A stretch of DNA of 64,000 nucleotides from an uncultured Alphaproteobacteria bacterium. GTDB taxonomy: Bacteria; Pseudomonadota; Alphaproteobacteria; Rhizobiales; Xanthobacteraceae. The position numbers were made by a program, and so were the translations under genes. Each line of letters begins with the position of its first letter. Position 1 is the first letter of the stretch. The notes under the pieces were generated by a model that did not search any database, was not told the origin of the DNA, and worked only from the letters and a program-made list of their open reading frames with translations. Location: positions 803,056-867,055 of the forward strand of contig CAVTTZ010000033.1 in assembly GCA_963737755.1 (NCBI GenBank). Direction: 5' to 3'. Shown one piece after another: positions 52,414 through 62,941 of the stretch.

Positions 52414-54483
52414 ATGCGAACAAAATATCGTCTGGGAATTGACGCCGGCGGCACTTTCACCGACCTCGTCCTCGCTGCCCGATCGGGCGATGTGCGCCTC
52501 TACAAGGCGTTGTCGACGCCGGCGGATCCGACCCGCGCCATCGAAGAAGGCATGAAGTTGATCGCCGACGACCTCGGCGAAAGTCCGGCGGAGATCGTGT
52601 CCAATTCCGATCTCTGCATCAACGGCACGACAGTCGGCCTCAACGCGCTCATCCAGCACAAAGGTGGCAAGACCGGCCTGATCTGCACCGCCGGCCACGA
52701 GGATTCGATCGAGATCCGGCTCGGCCACAAGGAAGATGGCTATCGCTACGATCCAGAATATCCCGCCGCCGTCATGCTGGCCCCGCGTTACCTGCGCAAG
52801 GGCGTGCGCGAACGGGTGATTTCCAACGGCACGATCAAGACGCCAATGCACGAAGACGACGTGCGCGCGGCCTGCCGCTTCTTCCTCGATGAGGGCATCG
52901 AGGGAGTGGCGATCTCGTTTCTGTGGTCGGTGCTCAATCAGGCGCACGAGCGCCGCGCCGCCGAAATCGTTCGCGAGATGATGCCCAACGCCGCCGTCAC
53001 TGTCGGCAGCGAGCTTTATCCGCAGGTGCGCGAATACACCCGCACCTCGACCGCGGTGGTGAACGCTTATCTCGCGCCGATCCTGACCCGCTACGTCGCC
53101 GCGGTGGACGAATATTTCCGCGAACTCGGCGCCAAACATCCGGTCCGTTATTTCCAATCGAACGGCGGATTGGGTCTCGGCCAGGCGATCTCCGCACGCT
53201 CGGTCTATGCGATCAATTCCGGACCGGCATCAGCGCCGCAGGCCGGGCTGTTCGTCACGGCGCCGTTCAAGAAGAAGAACGTCATCACCGTCGACATGGG
53301 CGGCACGTCGTTCGACATCACGCTGACCCGCAACGGCGTGACCAATATCAGCAAGAATATCGACATGCTGCGTTATCGGATCGGCATTCCGATGATCCAG
53401 GTCGAAACGCTCGGCGCCGGCGGCGGCTCGATCGGCTGGATCGACAGCATGGGCTTGCTCCAGGTCGGCCCGCAAAGCGCCGGCGCGACGCCGGGCCCGG
53501 CGTGTTACGGCCAAGGCGGAACGCAACCGACCGTGACCGACGCCAATCTGGTCCTGGGTTATCTGAGCCCGAAGGGGCTGCTCGGCGGCCGACTGCCGCT
53601 CGATCTGGAAAAGGCGCGCGACGCGATCAAAAGCATCGCCGATCCGCTCGGCATCTCGGTCGAGCGCGCCGCCTACGGCATGTTCACCATCGTCAACAGC
53701 AACATGGTCAACGGCATCCGCCGCGTCTCGGTAGAGCGCGGCTATGACCCGCGCGACTTCGTGCTGGTTGGCGCCGGCGGCGCGACCGCCGCGCATATTA
53801 CGGCGCTGGCCGGCGAGATGGGCATCGATACCGTCATCCTGCCCAAACTGGCCTCGGGGCTTTGCGCCTTCGGCCAGATCATCTCCGACGTCAAATACAA
53901 CTACATGGCCACCAGCCCGTTGCGGCTCGAAGGCAAGGCGTACGGGACGATCAACGAATTGTTTGACCAGATCGAAACCGAAGGCGTGAAGCATCTCGTC
54001 GCCGACGGCTTCGCCAAATCGGCGATCCGGATCGAGCGCAGCCTCGACATGCGTTATGTTGGGCAAGTGCACGAGTGCACCGTGGAAATCGGCACCTACG
54101 CCAACGACGCGAAAGCTCTGGAGAAGGTCAAGGACGCCTTCCACAAGCGCCATGAAGAGCTCTACACCTATTCTGAACCGCACAACGCGGTGGAAGTGGT
54201 GAATATCGAGAGCACGCTTTACGGCCACGTCGAGAAACCACAACCGCCGCGCGTGAAAAAGGGCGTGCCGCCCGCGAAAGCTTTGGTCGGCCGCCGCAAG
54301 GCGATCTTCGCCGCCGATGGCAAACTGGTAAACACGCCGGTCTATGACGGCTCCCAGCTTGGCGCCGGCGCCACGATCAAAGGACCGGCGATCATCGAGG
54401 AAGTCACGACCACCATTGTGATCGAACCGCGATGGACCGCACGCCTCGACGTCAGCGGCTCTTACGTGCTGACCCGGAAGTAA
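52414..54483 (+). CDS. hyuA: Hydantoinase A / N-methylhydantoinase A family protein (HyuA)
   Basis: Intact 689 aa; ..YRLGIDAGGTFTDLVL.. Confidence 0.85.
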   Translation: MRTKYRLGIDAGGTFTDLVLAARSGDVRLYKALSTPADPTRAIEEGMKLIADDLGESPAEIVSNSDLCINGTTVGLNALIQHKGGKTGLICTAGHEDSIEIRLGHKEDGYRYDPEYPAAVMLAPRYLRKGVRERVISNGTIKTPMHEDDVRAACRFFLDEGIEGVAISFLWSVLNQAHERRAAEIVREMMPNAAVTVGSELYPQVREYTRTSTAVVNAYLAPILTRYVAAVDEYFRELGAKHPVRYFQSNGGLGLGQAISARSVYAINSGPASAPQAGLFVTAPFKKKNVITVDMGGTSFDITLTRNGVTNISKNIDMLRYRIGIPMIQVETLGAGGGSIGWIDSMGLLQVGPQSAGATPGPACYGQGGTQPTVTDANLVLGYLSPKGLLGGRLPLDLEKARDAIKSIADPLGISVERAAYGMFTIVNSNMVNGIRRVSVERGYDPRDFVLVGAGGATAAHITALAGEMGIDTVILPKLASGLCAFGQIISDVKYNYMATSPLRLEGKAYGTINELFDQIETEGVKHLVADGFAKSAIRIERSLDMRYVGQVHECTVEIGTYANDAKALEKVKDAFHKRHEELYTYSEPHNAVEVVNIESTLYGHVEKPQPPRVKKGVPPAKALVGRRKAIFAADGKLVNTPVYDGSQLGAGATIKGPAIIEEVTTTIVIEPRWTARLDVSGSYVLTRK

Positions 54484-54645
54484 CCGCAGTAACGATTGCA
54501 CGCCTCGCGGGCAGCGCCGCTAAAAAAGGCAATTGCGCGCAGTATCAGATTGCGCCGGTGCTGAATTCTTGCGAAAATTCTTTCGCAACTGCGGCAGTCC
54601 GGGCAACCGGCGTTTTTGTGCGGTATTTCCAGAGGGGAGTCGTCA

Positions 54646-55711
54646 ATGAAACACACAACACTCTTGGTAGGAGCGGCGATCGCCGCGACCACCGCGATCA
54701 CAGCAGGCACAGCGCACGCCGACCAAAAGTGGTGGCCGGCCAAATATTACAACCTCGATTCCGGCTCGCCCAAGGTCGAGGAATACACGCCGCTCGAAAA
54801 GGCGTCGAAGCCGTGGAACATCTGCGTGCTGTTTCCGCACATGAAGGACACCTTCTGGGTGGCCGTGGACTACGGCGTGGTCGAGGAAGCCAAGCGCGAA
54901 GGCGTCAACATCACGGTCTATCAGGCCGGCGGTTACGAGAACCTGCCGAAGCAGCTTTCTCAGTTCGACGACTGCCTGTCCGGCAACTTCGATGCGATCG
55001 TCGTCGGGCCGATCTCGGAGGCCGGCCTCGACAAGCAATTCGCCAAGGGCGTTGCCTCGGGCAAGCCGATCATCTCGACGATCAACCCGGTTGCGAAGGC
55101 GACCGTGACCGCGAAGATGACGGTCGACTTCGACACCATGGGCGAACAGACCGGCAGCTATCTGGTCGATTATCTCAAGGGCAAGACCGCGAAGGTCGGC
55201 ACTTTCCCGGGCCCGTCCGGCTCGGGTTGGGCGGAAGCGTTCCTCGAAGGCTTCAAGAAGGCCGTCAAGGGCAAGAGCAACATCACCATGCTGGACGACA
55301 AGTTCGGCGATTCCGGCGTCGCCGTGCAACTCGGTCTGATCCAGAATGCCTTGCAGGCTTATCCGGATATGAACGTGATCTGGGGCTGCGCTCCGGCCGC
55401 GGAAGCTGCCGTCGGCGCCGTCGCGCAAGCCGGCAAGAAGGACGTGCTGATCATGTCGTCCTACGAGAACCAGGCAATGCTTGACGCTCTGCAAAAAGGC
55501 GAGATCCTTGGCTTCGCCACCCAGTATCCGGTGCATGCAGGGCCGCATCGCCATCGATACGGCGGTTCGCATCCTGGAGAAGAAGGACTACGTGAAGAGC
55601 GCCAAGGCGATCCCCGAAATGGTCGCCAAGAGCAATATCGACAAGATCAACATGGACTCGGTGCTTGCTCCGGCCGACTTCAAGGCCGTCTATTCCGTGA
55701 AGGCGCCGTGA
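54646..55711 (+). CDS. Periplasmic substrate-binding protein (sugar-type), frame break near 55540
   Basis: Signal peptide MKHTTLLVGAAIAATTAITAGTAHA; C-terminal 60 aa in ORF 55481-55711; one extra C between gtg and atg. Confidence 0.7.
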
Positions 55712-55742
55712 TCGGCGAACAGCATGACTGACGGTTGCGCAA

Positions 55743-57365
55743 ATGACCGCAGTCGCAGATAGCAATACATCGCGGGCCGCCGACGCGGCCCGCGACACCG
55801 GCGATCTCCTTCTCGAGCTTTCCAAAATCTCGAAGCGTTTTCCCGGCGTGATCGCCTTGGAGGGCGTCGACTTCGACTTGCGGCGCGGCGAAGTCCATGT
55901 GCTGTTCGGCGAGAACGGCGCCGGCAAGTCGACGCTGATCAACATCATCGCCGGCACCTTCCCGCCCGATACCGGCACGTTCAAATATCAGGGCAAAGAG
56001 ATCACGCATCTCACGCCGCATGACGCCCGCGTCATCGGCATCAGCCCGGTGTTCCAGGAGTTCAGCCTGGTGCCGGAGCTCACCGTCGAGCAAAATCTGT
56101 TTCTCGGCCGCGAGATCACCGCCGGCGGCTTCCTCAACCGTCCCGCCATGCGGGCCCGCGCGCGCGAAATCGTTCGCGAGCTCAATTTCGACCTTCGACC
56201 GGACTACAAGGTTTCGCAATTATCGCGCGCCCACCAGCAGATGGTGGAAATCGCCAAGGCGTTCCTCACCGAGGTCCGTCTCCTGATCCTCGACGAGCCG
56301 ACCGCGTCGCTCACCGACGCGGAGGCGACCAAGCTTTTCGGCCTCATCGCCAAGCTCAAAGCCGCGGGTGTCGGCATCATCTACGTGTCGCACCGCATGC
56401 GCGAGATCAAGCAGATCGCCGATCGCATCACGGTTCTGCGCGACGGCCACAAGATCAAGACGGTCGAGGCCAAGGACGTCTCCGAAAACGAACTGGTCGA
56501 ACTGATGACCGGCCGCAAGGTCGGCGTGCTGTTCCCGGCCATCGCGCACAAGCCGGCGGACAAGCTGCTCGAGGTCGAGCACGTCACGCTTGCGGATCGC
56601 TCGGTCAACGACGTCAGCTTCTATGCGCGCGCCGGCGAGATCACCGGCATTGCCGGTTTGGTCGGCTGCGGCAAATCGGAAATCGTTCGTGCGATCGTCG
56701 GGCTCGAACCGATGGAAAGCGGCACGATCCGGGTCCGCGGCAAGGCGATCGCCGCGCCGACACCGGGCGCGATGCTGCGAAACCGCGTCTGCTATTTCCC
56801 CTCGGACCGCGTCGCCGAAGGTCTCGCGCTGGCCCGTCCGGTGCGCGAGAACGTGTCGATGGCGGCGCTGGATCTGCCGGGCTTTTCCCACAGCCGCATT
56901 CTGCAGCGCCGCAGCGAACGCAACATCGTGCAAGAGATCGTCGACAAGCTGACGCTGCGTCCGCCGCACATCGAACGCACGGTCGCGTCGTTCTCCGGCG
57001 GCAACCGGCAGAAAATCTTGCTGGCGCGCGGACTGACCCGCGACATCTCGGTATTTTTGTTCGACGAGCCGACGGTCGGCGTCGATGTCGGCGCCAAGAT
57101 CGAGATCTACGAGCTGATGAAGGGCCTTTTGGATACCGGCGTGGCGATCGTGCTGGTCTCGTCCGATTTGCCCGAGGTGCTCAACTTGTCGAACCGGCTT
57201 TACGTCATGCACCGGTCCCGGATGGCGGCGGAGCTTGTCGGCGCCGACATCAACGAACCGGCCGTGCTTTCGCACTTCTTCCGCGAACAGCATGCCGGCG
57301 ACGGGACGCCGGGCAATGCCGCGGCAAGCGATCCGGGGCTCAGTCACTCCGCCGCGAGCTCATAA
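55743..57365 (+). CDS. ABC ATP-binding protein with duplicated NBD
   Basis: GENGAGKST and GLVGCGKSE Walker A motifs; intact. Confidence 0.8.
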   Translation: MTAVADSNTSRAADAARDTGDLLLELSKISKRFPGVIALEGVDFDLRRGEVHVLFGENGAGKSTLINIIAGTFPPDTGTFKYQGKEITHLTPHDARVIGISPVFQEFSLVPELTVEQNLFLGREITAGGFLNRPAMRARAREIVRELNFDLRPDYKVSQLSRAHQQMVEIAKAFLTEVRLLILDEPTASLTDAEATKLFGLIAKLKAAGVGIIYVSHRMREIKQIADRITVLRDGHKIKTVEAKDVSENELVELMTGRKVGVLFPAIAHKPADKLLEVEHVTLADRSVNDVSFYARAGEITGIAGLVGCGKSEIVRAIVGLEPMESGTIRVRGKAIAAPTPGAMLRNRVCYFPSDRVAEGLALARPVRENVSMAALDLPGFSHSRILQRRSERNIVQEIVDKLTLRPPHIERTVASFSGGNRQKILLARGLTRDISVFLFDEPTVGVDVGAKIEIYELMKGLLDTGVAIVLVSSDLPEVLNLSNRLYVMHRSRMAAELVGADINEPAVLSHFFREQHAGDGTPGNAAASDPGLSHSAASS

Positions 57366-57368
57366 GGC

Positions 57369-57412
57369 CACTGGGACGCATGAACTGGGGACGCATGGAC
57401 TGGGGACGTATG
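57369..57412 (+). repeat. Three tandem copies of a 15-bp unit (A/G)ACTGGGGACG(C/T)ATG, each containing a GGGGA Shine-Dalgarno-like element and an in-frame ATG, at the 5' end of the permease gene
   Basis: In-frame ATGs at 57380, 57395, 57410. Confidence 0.5.
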
Positions 57413-58432
57413 AGTAGCCAATCAACCACGGGCGCCGCTTCGCCGATTTCGCTGTTCGAGCGGATTTTCCGCACCTATCACGCGGCCGGATTTCTGCCGA
57501 TCGTCCTGCCGCTGCTGCTCATCGCCTTCGCGCTGTTCGTTCCGAACTTCCTCAGCTTCGGCAATATCCTCAACGTGCTGCGCAGTTCGTCTTATCTCGT
57601 CATCATTGCCGCCGGGCAGATGCTGGTGCTCATCGTCGGCGGCTTCGACCTGTCGCAGGGCGCGGTCTACGCACTCACCAGCGTGACCAGCGCGCTGGTC
57701 ATGGTCGCTTTCAAGGCCATGTTCCCCAACGATCCCGGACTTGTGATTTTCGCCGGCGTGGTCGCCGGATTGGGGTGCGGCGTGATCGTCGGCCTGGTGA
57801 ACGGCCTGTGCGTTGCCTTCCTGCGCATTTCCCCGTTCATGGTGACATTGGGCACGATGTCGATTGCGACCGGCTGCGCCCTGCTTCTGACCAGCGGCAT
57901 CCCGGTCTACGGCATGCCGAAAAGCTACGTCGAGAATTTCGGCCGCGGGCTGCTGCTCGATTTACCGACAGCCGTTTATCTCGCCGCGGCCGTGGTCGTC
58001 GTTATCTGGGTGATGCAGAACTTTACCCGGATGGGCCGCTACATTCTTGCCATCGGCGGCAACATGCAGGCCGCTGTGGTCTCGGGCGTGTCCGCCAGAA
58101 CGTATCTCATTCTCTCGTACGTGCTGTGCTCCGTGCTGGCGTCCATATCGGGACTGGCCTTCACCGCGCAGCTGGGATCTGGCCAGGCGGTGATCAATGC
58201 GCAGCTCACGCTGGAAAGCATCGCGGCCGCGGTGATCGCCGGTGTGAGCATCAAGGGCGGCGTCGGCCGGGTCGAAATGGTGGCGCTCGGCGCGATCCTT
58301 TTGCTCACCCTGACCGACGCGATGGATTTGCTGCGGATCGATCCGCGCATTCAGGCGATCTTCCTCGGCATCATCGTGGTCGGGGCGGTCGCGCTCGACG
58401 AGCTTTCACAGCGGAGGGCGGCACTTGTCTGA
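57380..58432 (+). CDS. ABC permease (RbsC-like)
   Basis: Intact polytopic membrane protein; start ambiguous among three repeat-borne ATGs. Confidence 0.8.
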   Translation: MNWGRMDWGRMSSQSTTGAASPISLFERIFRTYHAAGFLPIVLPLLLIAFALFVPNFLSFGNILNVLRSSSYLVIIAAGQMLVLIVGGFDLSQGAVYALTSVTSALVMVAFKAMFPNDPGLVIFAGVVAGLGCGVIVGLVNGLCVAFLRISPFMVTLGTMSIATGCALLLTSGIPVYGMPKSYVENFGRGLLLDLPTAVYLAAAVVVVIWVMQNFTRMGRYILAIGGNMQAAVVSGVSARTYLILSYVLCSVLASISGLAFTAQLGSGQAVINAQLTLESIAAAVIAGVSIKGGVGRVEMVALGAILLLTLTDAMDLLRIDPRIQAIFLGIIVVGAVALDELSQRRAALV

Positions 58433-59447
58433 AGCCAGCATCTCCGACGCCAACATCGTCCCCGCTGCGGAAAGTCCGCGGCACCGCCAGGCCTCGCGCT
58501 GGGGTTTCGCGCTGCTGTTGCCGCTCCTGATCATCGCCATGGAGCTTGCGGTCTCGCTGATCGAGCCGCGCGTCCTGTCGATGCGCAACATCACCAACAT
58601 CCTGGTGCAGTCGAGCTATCTGCTGCTGTTCGCCTCCGCGCAGATGGTGGTGATCCTGACCGGCGGCTTCGACCTGTCGCTCGGCACGGCAGTGTCGGTC
58701 ATCAGCGTGGCCACGGCGCTTGCCACCACGGCGCTTGCGGCAGCCGGAGCGCCGGCCTGGCTCGTCCTCGTCGCCGGGCTCGCGGTCGGGCTCGGCGTCG
58801 GTTTGCTGGTTGGGATCTTCAACGGCTTTTTCGTCTCTTATGTCCGCATCAATCCGTTCGTGGTCACGCTCGGCAGTCTGAACATCTGCTACGGCCTGGC
58901 GACAACGATTTCGGGCGGCCGCCCGGTGTTCAACGTGCCCGACGCGTTCACCCGCCCGCTGTACGACGGCACCTTCATCCCCGACGTGCCGATCCCGGTG
59001 GCGCTGGCCGTTCTGGTCGCCGTGTTCCTTTACTTCCTGCTGGACCGCACCGTGTTCGGCCGCGCGCTTTATCTGATCGGCAACAACCCGCGCGCCGCCC
59101 ATCTGGCCGGCCTGCCCAGCAAACGCTACCTGTTTCTCGCCTACATCACCTGCAGTCTCTTGGCCGCGTTCGGTTCGATGATGCTGACCGCCCGCACCGG
59201 CTCGGGCGAGCCCAATCTCGGCGGCAGCCTGATGCTCGAAAGCATCGCCGCCGCCGTGATCGGCGGCGTCAGCCTGCAGGGCGGCGTCGGCGGCATCATC
59301 CCGGCGATCCTGGGCTCGATCTTCGTCACCATGCTGTCCAACGCCATGGACCTTCTCGAAGTCGGCGGCTACGTTCAGCAGATCCTGCTCGGCTGCGTGA
59401 TCATCGGCGCCATCTTCCTCGACCGCGTGCGCGCGACCCGGGCCTGA
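58425..59447 (+). CDS. ABC permease (RbsC-like), second copy
   Basis: Intact, 8-bp overlap with upstream permease. Confidence 0.8.
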   Translation: MSEASISDANIVPAAESPRHRQASRWGFALLLPLLIIAMELAVSLIEPRVLSMRNITNILVQSSYLLLFASAQMVVILTGGFDLSLGTAVSVISVATALATTALAAAGAPAWLVLVAGLAVGLGVGLLVGIFNGFFVSYVRINPFVVTLGSLNICYGLATTISGGRPVFNVPDAFTRPLYDGTFIPDVPIPVALAVLVAVFLYFLLDRTVFGRALYLIGNNPRAAHLAGLPSKRYLFLAYITCSLLAAFGSMMLTARTGSGEPNLGGSLMLESIAAAVIGGVSLQGGVGGIIPAILGSIFVTMLSNAMDLLEVGGYVQQILLGCVIIGAIFLDRVRATRA

Positions 59448-59520
59448 CCAAGACACATGTACGTCGAGTTTCTGCGTACCGAGCCTTACGGCTCCCATAA
59501 ACGACAATAGGAGAGGAAAC

Positions 59521-59832
59521 GTGAGCGAGGAGAAAGCCACTCCGACCGTTCAAATCGACAACAATCACCTGCGTGTGACCGAGTGGCGCTTCGCGCCCGG
59601 CGCGGCCACCGGCTATCACCGCCATGAGCACGATTATGTCGTGGTGCCGGCGCGTGACGGCGAACTGAAGCTGGTCGGCCCGACCGGCGAGATTTCCTTC
59701 GCAAAACTTGAAATCGGCAAATCCTACTTCCGCAATGCCGGCGTCGAACACGACGTCATCAATAACGGCTCGGGCGAGATGGTCTTCATCGAAATCGAAC
59801 TCAAGGACACGGCCGTCGGCAAGACCGTATGA
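59521..59832 (+). CDS. Cupin domain protein (103 aa)
   Basis: ..GYHRHEHDYVVVP..GVEHDVINNG.. cupin motifs. Confidence 0.7.
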   Translation: MSEEKATPTVQIDNNHLRVTEWRFAPGAATGYHRHEHDYVVVPARDGELKLVGPTGEISFAKLEIGKSYFRNAGVEHDVINNGSGEMVFIEIELKDTAVGKTV

Positions 59833-60740
59833 GCGCAGCGCAGGAGCGCCGCTCGCCGCTCGACTATGCGATGCTGCTGGGCGCGGCCGTCATCTTCGGC
59901 GCCGTGTTCAGCGTCAACAAGCTGGCGGCGAACGGCGGTGCGCCGGCGCTGGCCTACGCGTTCTGGCAATCCTTCGGCGCCGGCTTGCTGCTGTGGATCG
60001 TGCTGACGCTGCGCGGCGAAAAGCTGAGCGTGTCGCGCGCGGCGCTGATCAACTACATCGTCGTCGGCGCGCTGGTCATCGGCATTCCGATTTCGCTGCT
60101 GACGTACATTGCGCCCAAACTGCCGGCCGGCGTCATGACCCTCGTGCTGGCGCTGTCGCCGCCGTTTACGTTCATCATGGGCGTGCTCGCGCGGGTCGAG
60201 CGCTTTCGCTGGCTTGGCCTGGTCGGGCTCTTGTTCGGCTTTGCCGGCGTGGTGCTGATTGTGGCGCCCGGCGCCAGCGCGGCCGAACCGATCGCCTGGC
60301 AATGGTTTCTGCTGGCCCTGCTCGCCCCGGTCATGTTCGCCGCAGCGAACGTGTCCGCCGCACTGTTGCAGGCGCCCGCATCCTCGTCGGTCGCGACCGC
60401 CGCCGGCGTCTTGTTCGGTTCGGCGCTCGTGATCCTGCCGGTGATGCTGATTGCCGGTCAGGCGTGGGTGCCGACGCGCCTCGACGACGCTGCCATCGGC
60501 ACGCTGCTGGCCATCGCGATCAATGCCGTCTTCCTGGTGCTTTTTCTCGAAATCATCCGCCGCGCCGGGCCGGTATTCTTCGCCCAGTTCAACTATCTCG
60601 CCGTGCTCGCCGGCGTGGCGTGGGGCGCAGTGATTTTCGGCGAGCGGCTATCGATCTACGTGATCGCCGCCATGGTGCTGATGTTCGTCGGCGTGTTTTT
60701 GTCCGGCTATCGCCGGCCGGGAGCAACCGCACCGCAATAG
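59829..60740 (+). CDS. DMT superfamily (EamA-type) transporter
   Basis: 10-TM-type hydrophobic profile, two EamA-like halves; ATGA overlap with cupin gene. Confidence 0.8.
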   Translation: MSAAQERRSPLDYAMLLGAAVIFGAVFSVNKLAANGGAPALAYAFWQSFGAGLLLWIVLTLRGEKLSVSRAALINYIVVGALVIGIPISLLTYIAPKLPAGVMTLVLALSPPFTFIMGVLARVERFRWLGLVGLLFGFAGVVLIVAPGASAAEPIAWQWFLLALLAPVMFAAANVSAALLQAPASSSVATAAGVLFGSALVILPVMLIAGQAWVPTRLDDAAIGTLLAIAINAVFLVLFLEIIRRAGPVFFAQFNYLAVLAGVAWGAVIFGERLSIYVIAAMVLMFVGVFLSGYRRPGATAPQ

Positions 60741-60767
60741 AGCGCGACCGGCTAGCGTGCTCTCTGC
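60741..60767. terminator. Possible shared hairpin between convergent DMT and cupin genes (AGAGCGCG-N9-CGTGCTCT), weak U-tracts
   Basis: 8-bp stem with one G-U in the 28-bp convergent gap. Confidence 0.2.
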
Positions 60768-60768
60768 A

Positions 60769-61230
60769 TTACGTCCCTGCCGTCAAGGTTGAGAGTTGAT
60801 CGGTATCGAACCGGTCGCGCAGTTCGGCAAGCGCTTTCGGATCGGGAGAGCCCTGCGCGGCGAGTTTCGCCAGTTCCTCGAAATAATGTTCGTGTCCCGG
60901 TGGCGAGACCGTCATCAACACACGCGTCGGTTTGTCACTCACGTTGGTGATGTTATGCGGCACGCCCGGCGGGATAAACAGGAAGGTCCCCGGAGTTGCT
61001 CTGATCCTTTTCTCGCCGACCCACCATTCGCATTCGCCTTCAAGGACATAGAAGGTCTCTTCTTGAACGCGGTGAACATGCAGGCCGGTCGCGAACCGGG
61101 CCGGGATCGTCCAATCAAACATGCTGGTATGCTTGGTATTCTGGCCGGTGACGAGAAACGCCATGGGATGGCCACGTAACACGACCCCGTTGTTCTCGTC
61201 AGGCATGCGAATGACGGCAGCGGCGCTCAT
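60769..61230 (-). CDS. Cupin domain protein
   Basis: ..GLHVHRVQEETFYVLEGE..PPGVPHNITN..; second ATG 61230 has GGAGGA SD. Confidence 0.7.
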   Translation of the reverse strand: MSAAAVIRMPDENNGVVLRGHPMAFLVTGQNTKHTSMFDWTIPARFATGLHVHRVQEETFYVLEGECEWWVGEKRIRATPGTFLFIPPGVPHNITNVSDKPTRVLMTVSPPGHEHYFEELAKLAAQGSPDPKALAELRDRFDTDQLSTLTAGT

Positions 61231-61355
61231 GCGATCCTCCATTGGCTCGATACATCGTCCGCAACTAACGAGAGAAATGCCTCGGCCATGCCGGCAAGTC
61301 CTGAAATCGCTGCGAAATAGTTGCGAAATGATCCCAAACCGTATCCTCTCGGAGC

Positions 61356-62910
61356 ATGGCGACCATCCTCACGCTTGGTCCGTTCCGCCTCGACGTCGAT
61401 GCCGGGATTTTGTTTCACGGCAACGAGCCAACGACGCTCGGCCGCAGGGCGGTCGTGCTGCTGACGCTGCTCGTCACGCGCGCCGGCGAGCCGGTGTCAA
61501 AGGAAGCGCTGATCGAGGCAGCGTGGCCCGCCCAGGCGATTGAGGATAGCAACCTGACCGTCCAGATCGCCGCGATCCGGCGAACGTTCGAGGATTTGGC
61601 GGGCGGCGCAAACTGGCTCGAAACGCTTCCCCGTCGGGGCTATCGCTACATCGGACCGGCTGTTGGGAGCCGATGAATTCGAGGCAGCCCCCGCCGCACC
61701 TGCAGCGCCTGTGCTGGCTTTACCCGACAAGCCCTCGATCGCGGTTTTGCCGTTCTCGAACCTCAGTGGCGACCCCCGGCAGGAGTATTTCGCCGACGGG
61801 ATGGTCGACGACATCATCACCGGCTTGGCGCGCATCAATTGGCTGTTTGTCATCGCCCGAAATTCAACCTTCACGTACAAGGGGCGCGCCGTCGACGTGA
61901 AACAAGTCGGGCGCGAACTCGGCGTGCGTTACGTCCTCGAGGGCAGCGTGCGGAAGGCCGGGCGCAGCGTGCGGGTAACCGGTCAAATGATCGACGCATC
62001 GACCGGCGCTCATGTGTGGGCTGAGCGTTACGACCGCAACTCGAGCGATATTTTCGCGCTTCAAGACGAGATCGCGCTGTCGGCGGTCGGCGCGATCGCC
62101 CCGAGCGTGCGACGAGCCGAGATCGATAGAGTGAAGCGCAAACGGCCCGAGAGTCTCGACGCCTACGACCTCGTGCTGCGCGCGCAGATGGATGTCGATT
62201 CCGGCATGCCGGAACGCGTAACGCAAGCGCTGGCATTGCTCGAACGCGCGATTGCGATCGATCCCACGTATGCGCTTGCGTATGGCAATGCAGCGATGTG
62301 CCACCATTGCCTTTTCCTTCGCGCCGGATTTCAAGAGACCGACCGCGCCGCCTCCATACGACACGCGCGATCCGCGCTCCTGCACGGCCAGGACGATGCG
62401 GCCGCGCTCGCTCTTGCGGGATTTTCGATCGGCATGGATGGGCACGATCGCGCCGCCGCTTTCATCGCATTTGAAGCGGCACTGAGCAAAAGTCCATCGT
62501 CGGCGCTGACCTACATTTTAGGCGCCGTCGTATGCGGCTGGGGCGGGGAAGCGGAGCGCGCGGTTGAATGGAGCGAACACGGCATGCGGCTCAGTCCGTT
62601 CGATCCGTGGGCGTTTGCCGCATTCGACGCGCAGGCGATGGGTCATTTCCTGCGTGGTCGTTACGACGAAGCCTGCCGCGCCGCCTACCGGTCCGTTCAA
62701 GCCAATCCGGCCCACAGCATCACCTACGTGCAGCTAGCCGGGGCGCTGACCAAGCTCGGACGCTTGGACGAAGCCAGGGCGGCCGCAGCGCGGGTGCTCG
62801 AATTGCAGCCGGCATTTCGCTACAGCCGGCAATTCGCCGGCGTCAACTGCGCCCCTGAACTTGCGGCGTCTCTGGGTGACGCGCTCCGCGCCGCCGGACT
62901 GCCGGAGTAA
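61356..62910 (+). CDS. Transcriptional regulator with CadC/OmpR-type winged-helix N-terminus, TolB-N-like region and C-terminal TPR repeats; frame break near 61665
   Basis: ..RRAVVLLTLLVTRAGEPVSKEALIEAAWP.. wHTH; ..IAVLPFSNLSGDPRQEYFADGMVDDIITGL.. typical of this regulator class. Confidence 0.7.
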
Positions 62911-62941
62911 CGCGGGCGACAGGCTTTCCGCGAGGCGCGCG

